Assembly: GCA_021323995.1 (NCBI GenBank)
Contig: JAJPJY010000066.1
Span: 10,458-74,457, forward strand
Source of the DNA: a bacterium
Lineage (GTDB): Archaea; Thermoproteota; Bathyarchaeia; 40CM-2-53-6
Direction of reading: 5' to 3'
Length of the DNA stretch: 64,000 nt
Positions 22,538 to 32,094 of this stretch are shown piece by piece (the first letter of the stretch is position 1; the number at the start of each line of letters is the position of its first letter). Under the pieces are notes generated by a model that was given only the letters and a program-made list of their open reading frames with translations, did no database searches and had not been told where the DNA came from. The translations under genes were made by a program, and so were the position numbers.

Positions 22538-22672
22538 CTTAGCTTGAATCCGAGCCATCCATGTCGTCTCAAACAAGATAGTTCGAGAACTAGTAGCCAG
22601 AGATGTCCCTCCGAGGTTTGCAAGGTTAATTGAATGGTTTATTTGTGCAACCAAATCCATCGCCGCTTTGTA

Positions 22673-22767
22673 GGGGCGGTGGTCCAGACCACCATAGTGG
22701 GGACAGCTTGGTCTAAGATACCTGGCTCGGGCCCAGGTGATCGTGGGTTCAAATCCCACCCGCCCCA
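22673..22767 (+). tRNA. tRNA-Pro(CGG) with 19-nt intron at position 15/16 (22688-22706)
   Basis: Acceptor GGGGCGG/CCGCCCC; anticodon arm CCTGG-CTCGGGC-CCAGG; T arm GTGGG-TTCAAAT-CCCAC; bulge-helix-bulge around the D-loop insertion; CCA not encoded. Confidence 0.95.
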
Positions 22768-23019
22768 CTATTACAATCCTGCCGTTTCCAAGGAACGGCA
22801 AAACACACATCGTTTCACATCCGATCTAGCCTTCGTTTCGGACTCTATGCGCCTCCTCAGAATCTTGAATTTTGCAAGAGACGTTATCTGATCATATTAC
22901 AGTCTCCTACCGCTGGTCGTAACACAATCTTCATCCTCGTTGTTTTCCTCTTTTCATTTTGTTAAGCCGCTTCAGGCTGGCTGGCGAACTATTCGCGAAA
23001 CGGATCCACGAGGGCACTG

Positions 23020-24588
23020 TTGGCACTGCTTGTACTAGCAGCAATGCTCATGGTTGAAGCTGTTCCAAGAGTGAGTGCTGTGGAGAGCTTCTCTCTCACT
23101 ACTAACCCGGGTCGTACCCTGGAGGGAGACCCTGTGGGAATTGGCCTAACGCTTAGTGTGACCAACGCTATGTATTCTGTTCCGACGCCCTACTCTTTCG
23201 TCTGGACTGTGACCGACCCTTCAGGAGCATCCACGACTTACACACAGAACATGGTGTCAACACAGCCTTCATGGTCCCTTATGGCATACTATCCGACCAA
23301 CTTTACAGGCGGTGCTTTGAATCATGCCGGAATCTACGAGATCAGCATAGCCGAGACACTGCCGTCATCAAAGCCCGCTACCTCGGGTCAGTTTCAGATC
23401 GGACTCACATCTAGCATTAGTTATCAAAGAACCTATCCTGTATCGATCATCGGCGCCGGCTATGCTGCCTTTGAGAATGTGACAGTTAACCTGACCGGTG
23501 GGTCCAGCATTACCTCGGGATTTCCAACGTCAAAACTGGCTGACGCCGGAGGGAAATTCTCCTTGACATGGTATTCTCCGCCGAATTCCAGCCCAGGCAA
23601 CTACACTGTCGCGTTGACAGGCAGTACCACAAAGAGTGCTGCAGACTCCCAATGGTTCATCCTCTATCCAACGAATGTCACGATCATAAACTCATGGACG
23701 AGTAAGATCATAGTTCAGAGAACACAGACGATCGAATTTCGGTTTAACGCCACTTATCTCAGTGGAATACCCGTGACGTCTGGAACATGCGTTCTGAACA
23801 TTATAGAGCCAGACGGTTTGACCTCACATTCTGTAACTGCCCTCTACGATTCTGTCCTAGCGACCTTCAGAGCGAACTACACAACGACGCTCGCAAGTAC
23901 TACGGGAGGTTGGACATGGAACATTGCTGCGGATAGTTTGAACGATGGTTCCGGGAATGGAGGTCCTCTCACACCGTCATCACACAATTTCAACATACAA
24001 TCTGCCTCGTTCAGCGTCAACATCTTGTCTTACGGCTCAGTTTATTCTTCTGGAATGACTGTTCCAATATCTGCAGACGTCGTGATGCCCAACGGTGCTA
24101 ACTTTACACAGGGAACAGTCACTGCAACAATTACCTCATCAGGTCGCCAAGTCACCGCACCCCTGAGTCTTGTGTACAATGCGTCTTCAGGAAGATGGTC
24201 GGGCGGCTACAAGGTCAACCCGAATGATCCATCAGGAACATGGCTCATCACAGTAAATGCCAACGATGCTTACGGAAATTCTGGCCAGAGCGGTGCCCCG
24301 CTCAACGTGAACATTACGGGAGCTCCCCCAGCCTCTCCGCCCGCCTGGTTCATGACTTGGAGCTTCCTACTGGTTGTACTTGTTGCTGCAGGGATAGGTG
24401 TCGGAATACTAATCTTGAGACGGAAAGAGGTGACTCATCGAGAGGTCAAGCTTGACGTTACTGCGATCAAACATCAAGCTGACCAAGTGAAGGGTGACGA
24501 TTTCCTGCAGTCAATCCAAGCACAGTTGAAGAAGCGAGCAGAGCGAATGGCCGCAGAACATGACGCGGCAGAGAAGGAGAAGCCATGA
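23020..24588 (+). CDS. Surface glycoprotein with Ig-like domains, C-terminal TM and cytoplasmic tail
   Basis: Signal peptide, S/T-rich beta repeats (G.Y.V, G.W.I.V.A.D.YGN), TM at ~445-468, charged tail. Confidence 0.8.
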   Translation: MALLVLAAMLMVEAVPRVSAVESFSLTTNPGRTLEGDPVGIGLTLSVTNAMYSVPTPYSFVWTVTDPSGASTTYTQNMVSTQPSWSLMAYYPTNFTGGALNHAGIYEISIAETLPSSKPATSGQFQIGLTSSISYQRTYPVSIIGAGYAAFENVTVNLTGGSSITSGFPTSKLADAGGKFSLTWYSPPNSSPGNYTVALTGSTTKSAADSQWFILYPTNVTIINSWTSKIIVQRTQTIEFRFNATYLSGIPVTSGTCVLNIIEPDGLTSHSVTALYDSVLATFRANYTTTLASTTGGWTWNIAADSLNDGSGNGGPLTPSSHNFNIQSASFSVNILSYGSVYSSGMTVPISADVVMPNGANFTQGTVTATITSSGRQVTAPLSLVYNASSGRWSGGYKVNPNDPSGTWLITVNANDAYGNSGQSGAPLNVNITGAPPASPPAWFMTWSFLLVVLVAAGIGVGILILRRKEVTHREVKLDVTAIKHQADQVKGDDFLQSIQAQLKKRAERMAAEHDAAEKEKP

Positions 24589-25349
24589 CTAGAAGCATAG
24601 CCGTACACTCCTACAAAGGAGGCACTGGAAAGAGCACCATAACCGCCAACGTAGCCGTCGCCTTAGCCCTGAAAGGCCGCAGAGTAGGAGTAATGGACAT
24701 GGATCTAGAAGGCCCCGGCCTACACGTTTTCTTCGACATCGACCCAAGCGATTTGAGGTTCACTCTCAATGACGTCCTAGCCGGTGTAGCTCCCCCCGAG
24801 GCTGCGTGCGTCCGCATGAGCGAAAAGATGAACCTCAACGGTGGAGAACTCTACTACAGTCCCGCAAGCGTCCGCTTGTCAGAGATAATGAGAACCCTAA
24901 AGACCGGCTACGAAGTGGACATGTTCGAGAATGCGATAAAGCGTCTCCAAGAAAAGTTCGGCCTACACTATCTGTTGATAGACACCCATCCTGGAATAAT
25001 GCATGACACGCTTCTCGCCCTTGGCGTCTGCGACCATCAGATCATCGTGTCTAGAGTTGATCAGCAGGACATATTCGGAACGGGGGTCCTGATCGAAGTG
25101 TCCAGCTCGTTCGAGAAGCCGGTCCATCTTGTTCTGAACATGATTCCTCCCGGAGTGAAAGAATCGGAAGTATCCAAATTTGCAAGGGTAATTGGCGCCC
25201 ACTTCACAACCGAGATGGCAGGATGGCTGCCGTGGTCGGAAGAGGTTATTGGCTCCCTAAGCAGGTCCGTTCTGACATTGAAGCAGCCGAAACATGCAAT
25301 CTCCTTAAGATTCCGCGCGCTAGCCGAGACCATTGAAGGCTTCGCATAG
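24585..25349 (+). CDS. MinD/ParA-family ATPase
   Basis: Deviant Walker A KGGTGKS, DMDLEGPGL, LIDTHPG; ATGA overlap with the upstream gene. Confidence 0.9.
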   Translation: MTRSIAVHSYKGGTGKSTITANVAVALALKGRRVGVMDMDLEGPGLHVFFDIDPSDLRFTLNDVLAGVAPPEAACVRMSEKMNLNGGELYYSPASVRLSEIMRTLKTGYEVDMFENAIKRLQEKFGLHYLLIDTHPGIMHDTLLALGVCDHQIIVSRVDQQDIFGTGVLIEVSSSFEKPVHLVLNMIPPGVKESEVSKFARVIGAHFTTEMAGWLPWSEEVIGSLSRSVLTLKQPKHAISLRFRALAETIEGFA

Positions 25350-25351
25350 GG

Positions 25352-26011
25352 CTACTTGAAGATCCAACCAGTTTCCTTAGACCAGAACAACAGATCAAGA
25401 TCTGCCATAGGTATTCGTATCTCTGCGGAAAACCGTCGCAGTTTCTCCTCAATCTCTAGGTAGCGTTTCTTTGTCAAGGAAATCGGTATTTCTGGAATGA
25501 TTCCGAGACTTGCCAAGTTGCGCAGAATATGTCGGTCCAAGATTGCGAACCCTTCTCCAAGTCCTATGTTTCGGAGGAAATGGCTGGCTTCCTTGTAGCC
25601 TAGTCCCTTGACGTTCTCGACCAGCCATTCGCGCAGTTCGAAAGGGTTGTAGAAGCTCTCGATCTTCGCCTTCAGTAGAAGACCTCCATCCCTGGTAAAC
25701 ATGTCCCTAGCCTCTACAATGTACCGCGCCTTGCTCTCTCCAAACCTAACCTGGTTAAGATAGGGTCCGAGATCGGCTGGCGTGCCTTTCAAGAGAAGTT
25801 TTTCTTGTTTTAGCTTTGAGACTGCGGCCCAGCACACCTTGGCAGATGATTGAGGGGTTAGGAGACAGAATGCAAGTTCGCCGAAGACATCTTCATCGCT
25901 CCACTGCATTACTTGTTTGAATTCCGACAGCCGCTTCCCAATCGCGTCTTTCCTCTCTAGATACAACGATTGAAGCGTCTGGATCTGATCCTCAGAACTT
26001 CCGACCGTCAT
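25352..26011 (-). CDS. ogg: 8-oxoguanine DNA glycosylase/AP lyase (archaeal Ogg)
   Basis: ELAFCLLTPQ, HhH VKGLGYKEASHFLRNIG, AILDRHILR, DLLFW; start placed at ATG 26011. Confidence 0.93.
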   Translation of the reverse strand: MTVGSSEDQIQTLQSLYLERKDAIGKRLSEFKQVMQWSDEDVFGELAFCLLTPQSSAKVCWAAVSKLKQEKLLLKGTPADLGPYLNQVRFGESKARYIVEARDMFTRDGGLLLKAKIESFYNPFELREWLVENVKGLGYKEASHFLRNIGLGEGFAILDRHILRNLASLGIIPEIPISLTKKRYLEIEEKLRRFSAEIRIPMADLDLLFWSKETGWIFK

Positions 26012-26018
26012 CTGTGCG

Positions 26019-26495
26019 CTAGAACTGTTTGAGAACATCTGTCTTTTCCATTATTCTTGAGCAGTAGAAGCATCTTAGCCTCAGAGGATCTTGCCGTTCA
26101 ACCATGAAAGTTGGCTCTACTGGTTCTCCCGCGTTCGAGACACATGCAGGATTGGCGCATCTAACGATTCCTCTTATTGAGCTCGGGAGCTTGACACGTG
26201 TCTTTTCGGCCACCTCATAGTCTCGAATAATGTTGATTGTTGCTCCTGGTGCGATGAGGGCTATCTTGTCAACCTCTCCTGGCTTCAGCTCCCTATTTTC
26301 AACCTTGACAATGTCCTTCTTACTATCTGTCTTTGATGGAACGTTCATTGCCACACTGACAATATCCCCCTCTCCTCCGCCGATCCTGAGAATTTTCAGA
26401 ACGTCGAGGGCATGCCCGGCGGAGATATGGTCGATGACGGTGCCGTTCCGGATCTTTTTGACGTAAAGATCTTTGACACCGACCATCTTTGACAA
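26019..26495 (-). CDS. pyrI: Aspartate carbamoyltransferase regulatory subunit
   Basis: GTVIDHI, KKDIVKVE, ATINII, C.NP.CVSN, RC.YC. Confidence 0.96.
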   Translation of the reverse strand: MSKMVGVKDLYVKKIRNGTVIDHISAGHALDVLKILRIGGGEGDIVSVAMNVPSKTDSKKDIVKVENRELKPGEVDKIALIAPGATINIIRDYEVAEKTRVKLPSSIRGIVRCANPACVSNAGEPVEPTFMVERQDPLRLRCFYCSRIMEKTDVLKQF

Positions 26496-26632
26496 GAGCG
26501 TGAATGATCAACAGAGGTCTACACTCTTAATTCCTTCTCCACTCCAACAGCATCGTCCCGATCCAAATGTTGTTGTGACACGATAGGACGACGGTGGATC
26601 CATAAAATTTGAAGCGTGAGCGATAGGCCCAT

Positions 26633-26898
26633 ACCCCTTCCTTTCCTCTGGAAACCTTACATTCGTTGCGTCCGCAGAGTCCTAACGATTTTCGTATAGT
26701 AAATTATCGGTTGCTGTGTATAGGACAGGCTAAATGAGGAATAATCGCTAAGGACCATCAGGAGTATTTCATACAAAGAACAGATCCAACCCCACTCCAA
26801 CCATCACGAGACCGCATAGGAAACGCAGGGGTGGGCGGGATGGTTTTAGTGGGTCCAGTCGAAATGGTTGTACGAGAACCCTTAATTCCACTGGAACT
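26633..26898. other. Replication origin (oriC) upstream of cdc6 with ORB elements
   Basis: Minus-strand ORBs GTTTCCAGAGGAAAGGAAGGGGT (26633-26655) and AGTTCCAGTGGAATTAAGGGTT (26877-26898); plus-strand half ORB GGAAACGCAGGGGT (26819-26832); directly 5' of cdc6. Confidence 0.8.
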
Positions 26899-26936
26899 AT
26901 GATTCGAGAAATATTCTCTCTGAGGATTGTCTCGGC

Positions 26937-28181
26937 GTGTCACAGCAAGGTTTGGATCTTATCTTCGAACAAGTACTGTCTGGCGGTCAGATCTTCAGGG
27001 ACAGAAATCTTCTCAGACACGACTACATGCCGGCGAGCCTTCCTCACCGTGAGGAACAGATCAAAAGGCTTGGATCCGTCCTAGCACCGGCTCTTTCCAA
27101 AGAGCGGGTGTCCAACCTTTTCGCTTATGGAAAGACTGGAACTGGCAAGACGATTGTTGCCAAGTTTGTCCTGGACAGGTTGCAGAAGAAGGCGAGGGAC
27201 TATGGCAGGGCTGTTGATACGAGCTATGTGAACTGTCGGCTTGCTGGGACGAACTATCGAGTTATCGCTGATCTCTGTCGCGGCCTTGGCCAGGACGTGC
27301 CGTTTACTGGATTGGCGGTAGGAGAGTTGTTTGATCGGCTGCGGGAGGCTCTGCAGTCGCGCGGTTCCGCATTCCTTGTTGTCTTAGACGAGATTGACGC
27401 CTTGGTCAAGAGGAGTGAGGATGATAGTCTTCTCTACGAACTTACTCGGATTAACGAGAGACTGGATGGAGGGTGGATAGGCGTGATCGGGATTTCAAAT
27501 GATCTTCATTTCAAGGATTTCCTGGATCCTCGCGTCCTGAGTTCTTTGGGAGAGGAGGAGCTAGTCTTCAAACCGTACACATCTGATGAGTTGTACGACA
27601 TTTTGAAGGGTCGCGCGGAGCAGGCTTTCCAGCCAGATGTATTAAATGATGGCGCGCTACGCCTCTGTGCTGCCTTAGCGGCTGGAGAGCATGGCGATGC
27701 GAGGAGAGCCCTGGATCTTCTAAGAGTCGCGGGCGAGATAGGCGAACGGTCGAGAGAGAAGAATGTTCTAGAGTGTCACGTACGTATGGCGCAGCAGAAA
27801 GTGGAACACGACAGAGTGACGGAGGTCCTGTCCTCTCTGCCTCTTCATTCTAGAATTCTCCTTATCTCTGTGATGAATTTGGAGAGTTCTCGGAAGGAGA
27901 GTTCTGTAACGGGTGATGTGTACGAGGTCTATCGGGAGTTGTGCGGGGCTGCCGCGATCGAATCATTGACACAGAGGAGGATCAGCGGTCTCTTGAACGA
28001 GCTGGACATTATGGGTATCATCAACGCACGAGTCGTGAGTTTTGGGCGGTATGGTCGGACGAAAAAGATTCGTCTCGGGGTTGAGCCTCGCGTTGTGAGC
28101 TCGGCTTTTGGAACCGATGAGCTTGTGAAGGGGCTACTGGGGCATATGCCGCGTGGTCTTACAGGTCAGCACGTTCACTAG
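26937..28181 (+). CDS. cdc6: Orc1/Cdc6 replication initiator
   Basis: LPHREEQI, Walker A YGKTGTGKT, Walker B VLDEID, LDPRVLSSL, HGDARRALDLLR, C-terminal wH GRYGRTK. Confidence 0.97.
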   Translation: MSQQGLDLIFEQVLSGGQIFRDRNLLRHDYMPASLPHREEQIKRLGSVLAPALSKERVSNLFAYGKTGTGKTIVAKFVLDRLQKKARDYGRAVDTSYVNCRLAGTNYRVIADLCRGLGQDVPFTGLAVGELFDRLREALQSRGSAFLVVLDEIDALVKRSEDDSLLYELTRINERLDGGWIGVIGISNDLHFKDFLDPRVLSSLGEEELVFKPYTSDELYDILKGRAEQAFQPDVLNDGALRLCAALAAGEHGDARRALDLLRVAGEIGERSREKNVLECHVRMAQQKVEHDRVTEVLSSLPLHSRILLISVMNLESSRKESSVTGDVYEVYRELCGAAAIESLTQRRISGLLNELDIMGIINARVVSFGRYGRTKKIRLGVEPRVVSSAFGTDELVKGLLGHMPRGLTGQHVH

Positions 28182-28740
28182 TTGCATTGGAATCGAGGAC
28201 GGGCCTTTCCTTCCGAGAAGACTGGGCGGGACCAGAGCACCGTTAGTGGCAGTCAAGCTCGAGGGTCCCCATATGACCCGGGCTAGGGCCGGCTGGATCA
28301 TTGTGGATGGCATGGACGGGACCGAGCGGGCTTTGGAGTTGTTGTCCTCCCGATCTATGATGCGCTATCCAATTCTCCTGGGAGGAGTGACATTTGGCGG
28401 TTTCAACCTAATTGATCCTCGACGGCTTCAGAAGAGGTTCAAGACCCCGACAATAGTCGTGGTAGGGTTTAGGCCGAATAACAGGGCTGTGAAACATGCC
28501 CTCGTAAAGCACTTTCCGGACTGGAGGAAGAGATGGGGAGTGATACGCTCGCTCGGCCCGTTACGGACCGTCCGGACTATGGCGAGCGAGAATCCCATCT
28601 TCTATGAAGCGTTTGGCTGTTCGAGTAGTGTTGCCAGGAAGATCCTGACCAGTTGGGCGTTGGTGTCGAGGGTTCCTGAGCCGTTGAGGGTGGCAGGGCT
28701 GGTTGCTAGAGGATTGTTTCCGGCACAACCTCTCGGCTGA
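28153..28740 (+). CDS. DUF99 family (endonuclease V-like) protein
   Basis: IGIEDGPF, VDGMDGT, GVTFGGFN, RVPEPLRVA. Confidence 0.85.
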   Translation: MVLQVSTFTSCIGIEDGPFLPRRLGGTRAPLVAVKLEGPHMTRARAGWIIVDGMDGTERALELLSSRSMMRYPILLGGVTFGGFNLIDPRRLQKRFKTPTIVVVGFRPNNRAVKHALVKHFPDWRKRWGVIRSLGPLRTVRTMASENPIFYEAFGCSSSVARKILTSWALVSRVPEPLRVAGLVARGLFPAQPLG

Positions 28741-29023
28741 ATGCGTTGGTTACATGAGATTTTAGTCGTTCGCGGGTGGTGGTGTGGACCGTCCGCGGAG
28801 GTCTTCCGTGGACGGTCGGGAGGGAGTTGGAAAGTGTTGGACAGAGAGACTGGAAAAGAGAACAAGCTGAACGATTACTTCCGGAGACGATGCGTCAACT
28901 ATGAGCGTTTTCTCTGTGACCGGGTCTGGGAGTGTGCTTTGTGTGCGAAGCAGGCTGGAAAGGTGCAGCTGGTTGAGATTTCTCTGCCGACTAAGGTTGA
29001 GGCTTTGAGGCGGAGGTGAAAAA

Positions 29024-29251
29024 TTGGAGACTTTGAGAGAAGAGGAAGTTCTGGCGCTCGAGGAGGATCTGCTAGTGAGACTTGTGGAGCGGCTTACACC
29101 ATTAGTCCAACGGGCGGCGGCGGACGCAGCTAAGACTGCTATGCACCAGTTGAGACTCGACCTAATGACACATATCAGCAGGCACGAGGACACTATTCGG
29201 CGACTGAAAAGGTCCGAGCAGGCGCTGAACCACGTCCCAAGTACGCGCTAG
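29024..29251 (+). CDS. Small coiled-coil protein
   Basis: GGAGGTGA ribosome-binding-like sequence upstream of TTG; heptad pattern. Confidence 0.5.
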   Translation: METLREEEVLALEEDLLVRLVERLTPLVQRAAADAAKTAMHQLRLDLMTHISRHEDTIRRLKRSEQALNHVPSTR

Positions 29252-29374
29252 TGTCAGCGATCGGTCCTCCTCTGGAAGCAGTTGTTTGGTTAGAATATAG
29301 CGCGGCTGTCCCGTGAGAACTGAATAGGACCAAGGCTGGGCCTGAGGAAGGGTCAGATGCTCCTGACTATAGGA

Positions 29375-30493
29375 TCATCCGTGACAGTTATGGCAGAGCG
29401 GAGTCTTGTTGATGACTCCCTTAGTGGTTACGCATTCGGTGCAAAGATGTTTTCTGCAAGAGTTGCAGAGACGCATATGTTCTTCGCATACGACCGCTCC
29501 ACAGTCTTCGCAGACGGCTCTCGTTGGGCTCTCGCAGAGAGTACATTTCCGGGTCTCATCCCAGATCATCTTCCCCGTGGCGCCCTGCAGGATCTTCCGG
29601 TAGGCCCTGTTTCCAGCCTGAAGCTCAACCGTAACTATTGGAATGTGAAGAAGTCGAATGCTGGAAATAGTGACATCATCAGGATGAGCGTTCGACTCTT
29701 GCAGTAGGATATTCGCTACCTTGGCTCTGATCGATTCCTCGCCGGCAGAAGCGGGTGCTACGGTTACACTGTTCTTCATCTGCAGCTCCTGAGGAAGCTT
29801 AGGCATCGAACCGATCGAGGGCTCGATCTCTAAACAGTCGAGGAATAATCCAGAACCAGGTAGATTCTTTAATTGGCCTTCGAAAAGTCCAGCATCGCAC
29901 TCCCGACCGTCCACTCCATCGAAAACGATTATGCCGCGCGCGATTTTCTTCTTGCTCTGCGCAAGAGCGAAGTCGGCAAAGTAGTAGGGGCGGAACTCGA
30001 GCTTCGGCATAGAAGCAAGACGGAGTGCCTTTCCATTCTCAAGACCATGCGCAAGAATCTGAGAGGCAACCGCCCGGGAGACTGGTAGGGTCCCGGGGAC
30101 CCTGTCCCGTTCAGGAGGCTTGATCTTCTCGACGCGTTCCTTGAGTCTAGCGATGTCCCACAGCTCTACTCCATACTTTCTCGCCATGAACTCGGCGTCT
30201 CCCGTGAAACCTTTAGGTGAGACATAGATTCCACTTGGCAGCCCGCCATTCTTCAGTCTCATAGCGAAGCCTTCTACCTCGCGACCGTTCACTTGACGGT
30301 CGCCTTCCCAGCATTCAAAAGCGATTTTCTGGGTTTTTTTCCCCGATTTCTTTGAAGCGACTATGTCGACAACACGAGAATTCGACTGGTCCGCCTGAAC
30401 GTTTTTCTCTACATCGAATCCTTCGATGCGACAGACGTCGCAGACCATGTCGACTACAAAATTGTTAGAGTCTCGACTGGTCTGAGCGGCCAT
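29375..30493 (-). CDS. Mrr-like restriction endonuclease domain protein with C-terminal Cys-rich zinc finger
   Basis: VDIVA...AFEC, GIYVSPKGFTGDA...GVELWD (Mrr_cat pattern); C-terminus with multiple CxxC. Confidence 0.75.
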   Translation of the reverse strand: MAAQTSRDSNNFVVDMVCDVCRIEGFDVEKNVQADQSNSRVVDIVASKKSGKKTQKIAFECWEGDRQVNGREVEGFAMRLKNGGLPSGIYVSPKGFTGDAEFMARKYGVELWDIARLKERVEKIKPPERDRVPGTLPVSRAVASQILAHGLENGKALRLASMPKLEFRPYYFADFALAQSKKKIARGIIVFDGVDGRECDAGLFEGQLKNLPGSGLFLDCLEIEPSIGSMPKLPQELQMKNSVTVAPASAGEESIRAKVANILLQESNAHPDDVTISSIRLLHIPIVTVELQAGNRAYRKILQGATGKMIWDETRKCTLCESPTRAVCEDCGAVVCEEHMRLCNSCRKHLCTECVTTKGVINKTPLCHNCHG

Positions 30494-30673
30494 AACCTAT
30501 CCGCGGCCCCAAAATCGAATTTCGAGAGATATCGAATAAGCCTACTGTAACCAGACGAGTTCCCCAGCGACTCGAGTGCTGCTGAACGAAACTCGCGGGA
30601 GAGGGAGGAAGCGACTCCTGGAAGCGTTGCCAAAGCACATAGGCATGGATACAAGACAGTATCCGTTAGGACC

Positions 30674-31156
30674 TTGACTCGATCCGACACTTGGCAAGAA
30701 GGAACCCGACAATCTGTGAAGGACATTCTCGGAGACCCGATCATATCGAAGCTTCTCAGTCGAAGCGGCCTGACTAAGGCTCAGTTCGAAACGCTATTAA
30801 TTGACCAGTTAGGAGATGATATGGCGAACAAAAGACTAACACGCGAAGAAATGGCACAGATCATGCGCAAACAAGGAGGAATCAGCCGCGGATCAATGAA
30901 CAGGACCCTTAGGCAGGCGAGGAAGAATACGTCGGAAGCCATTCACACCATACTACTATTAGGGTATGGAGGACTGTTCGACAGCCCTAGCCTGGCCCCC
31001 TTCGTCGAGGCTTCCGAACAGTTGAAGAGCCAGACCGAAAGATTACTAGCCCCCGGAGAGGAAGATGAGAATACGTACCGAGCGAACATTGAGACTCTTC
31101 TCCAAAATCTTGAGGACGCCTTCAACGCGCTCTACGGAAAAACACGTGACACGTGA
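30674..31156 (+). CDS. HTH DNA-binding protein
   Basis: LTREEMAQIMRKQGGISRGSMNRTLRQA helix-turn-helix. Confidence 0.7.
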   Translation: MTRSDTWQEGTRQSVKDILGDPIISKLLSRSGLTKAQFETLLIDQLGDDMANKRLTREEMAQIMRKQGGISRGSMNRTLRQARKNTSEAIHTILLLGYGGLFDSPSLAPFVEASEQLKSQTERLLAPGEEDENTYRANIETLLQNLEDAFNALYGKTRDT

Positions 31157-31409
31157 TATGTGATGTCACGTCCCTCTCGTTCAACGTCACATTGTATCAC
31201 GTCACGATAAGGCCACTGATCCCTCTTCTGAATACTAATCTGTGCGTGATCCTTGAGATTATGTCACCCGCTTGACGTCAAGCCGCAACTAGTCTGTCAC
31301 GCGGTTATCACCCGTGACAGCCAAATCACAGGTCACGCAGCTCTGTGACAGTTAGTCTTAAATGCCGACAGGTTGCGTGTGACGTCACGCTCTAGGTGCG
31401 TGATGTCAC
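31146..31409. repeat. Dense array of GTGA/TCAC motifs (19 copies, both orientations)
   Basis: Counted by eye; includes GTGATGTCAC (31160, 31400), GTGACGTCAC (31379) and TTGACGTCAA (31272). Confidence 0.88.
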
Positions 31410-31428
31410 ACTTTTGCTTGGTTTCAAG

Positions 31429-32094
31429 TTGTCCCGTGGACAGGAAGAATCTGTTGGGGATTCTGGGAATCGTGATATTGCCAGGCTATTCTTCGACTCA
31501 TTCTCAAAGCGCCTGGAAGGTGTAGAAACTGAAGTGCGACGGATGGAGTCAGAGTTTGAGAAGCTAAAGCTGTCGACCGACACGAATCAGATCTCTGACT
31601 TGGTTCTCCTCGAGAGGCTGCAAAAGTCGGAAGCCTTCATCAGAGAATCTCTAAGCTCCCTTAAGGTTGCGGTGGAGAAAGCTCTCGACACTGATCGGAC
31701 GGGGTCCAATCCAAGTGCCGACGGATTCCAGAATGGGAAGGTAAGGAGAATCGAGCCGGTCGCCCCAAGGGAATTGGGAATTGTGTCGCGTGTGCTGTCT
31801 CCGACTGGTGAAATTGGTTCTCTTCCATTAATAACCACTCCTACAGAGCTGCAAGTGTTGACATTGCTCGTTGCTGAGGGCCCCAAGTCGGCGCCAGAAA
31901 TTGGTCAAGCAGTGGGGCGTTCCCGTGAGCATACTGCTCGGCTGATGAAGAAGTTGTACGAGGAGGGTTACATCCGGCGGGACCAGACTCGTATTCCTTT
32001 CAGGTATTCGGTCGTAGATAGGATCAAGCAGGCTGCGAAGAAGCCTGGGGCTATGGACGAAGAGAAAGAACCGATTTCGGTTCCTCAACCCTGA
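31429..32094 (+). CDS. Coiled-coil + C-terminal winged-helix protein
   Basis: N-terminal heptads; TELQVLTLL..EGPKSAPEIGQAVGRSREHTARLMKKLYEEGYI; start placed at TTG 31429, after the array. Confidence 0.8.
   Translation: MSRGQEESVGDSGNRDIARLFFDSFSKRLEGVETEVRRMESEFEKLKLSTDTNQISDLVLLERLQKSEAFIRESLSSLKVAVEKALDTDRTGSNPSADGFQNGKVRRIEPVAPRELGIVSRVLSPTGEIGSLPLITTPTELQVLTLLVAEGPKSAPEIGQAVGRSREHTARLMKKLYEEGYIRRDQTRIPFRYSVVDRIKQAAKKPGAMDEEKEPISVPQP

Noticed and set aside
22673-22767. tRNA-Pro as the integration site of the element
   Set aside because: No duplicate of its 3' end found near either end of the element, which starts ~10 kb away
28741-29019. 92-aa ORF with CxxC after DUF99
   Set aside because: Composition is ambiguous and no family was recognised; may be real in its 3' half but not supportable
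29265-29280. Additional ORB (CCTCCTCTGGAAGCA)
   Set aside because: Partial core only, no G-string, isolated; could be chance
31146-31409. CRISPR array
   Set aside because: Only 4-10 bp motifs at irregular spacing in both orientations; no 25-40 bp repeats with unique spacers and no cas genes
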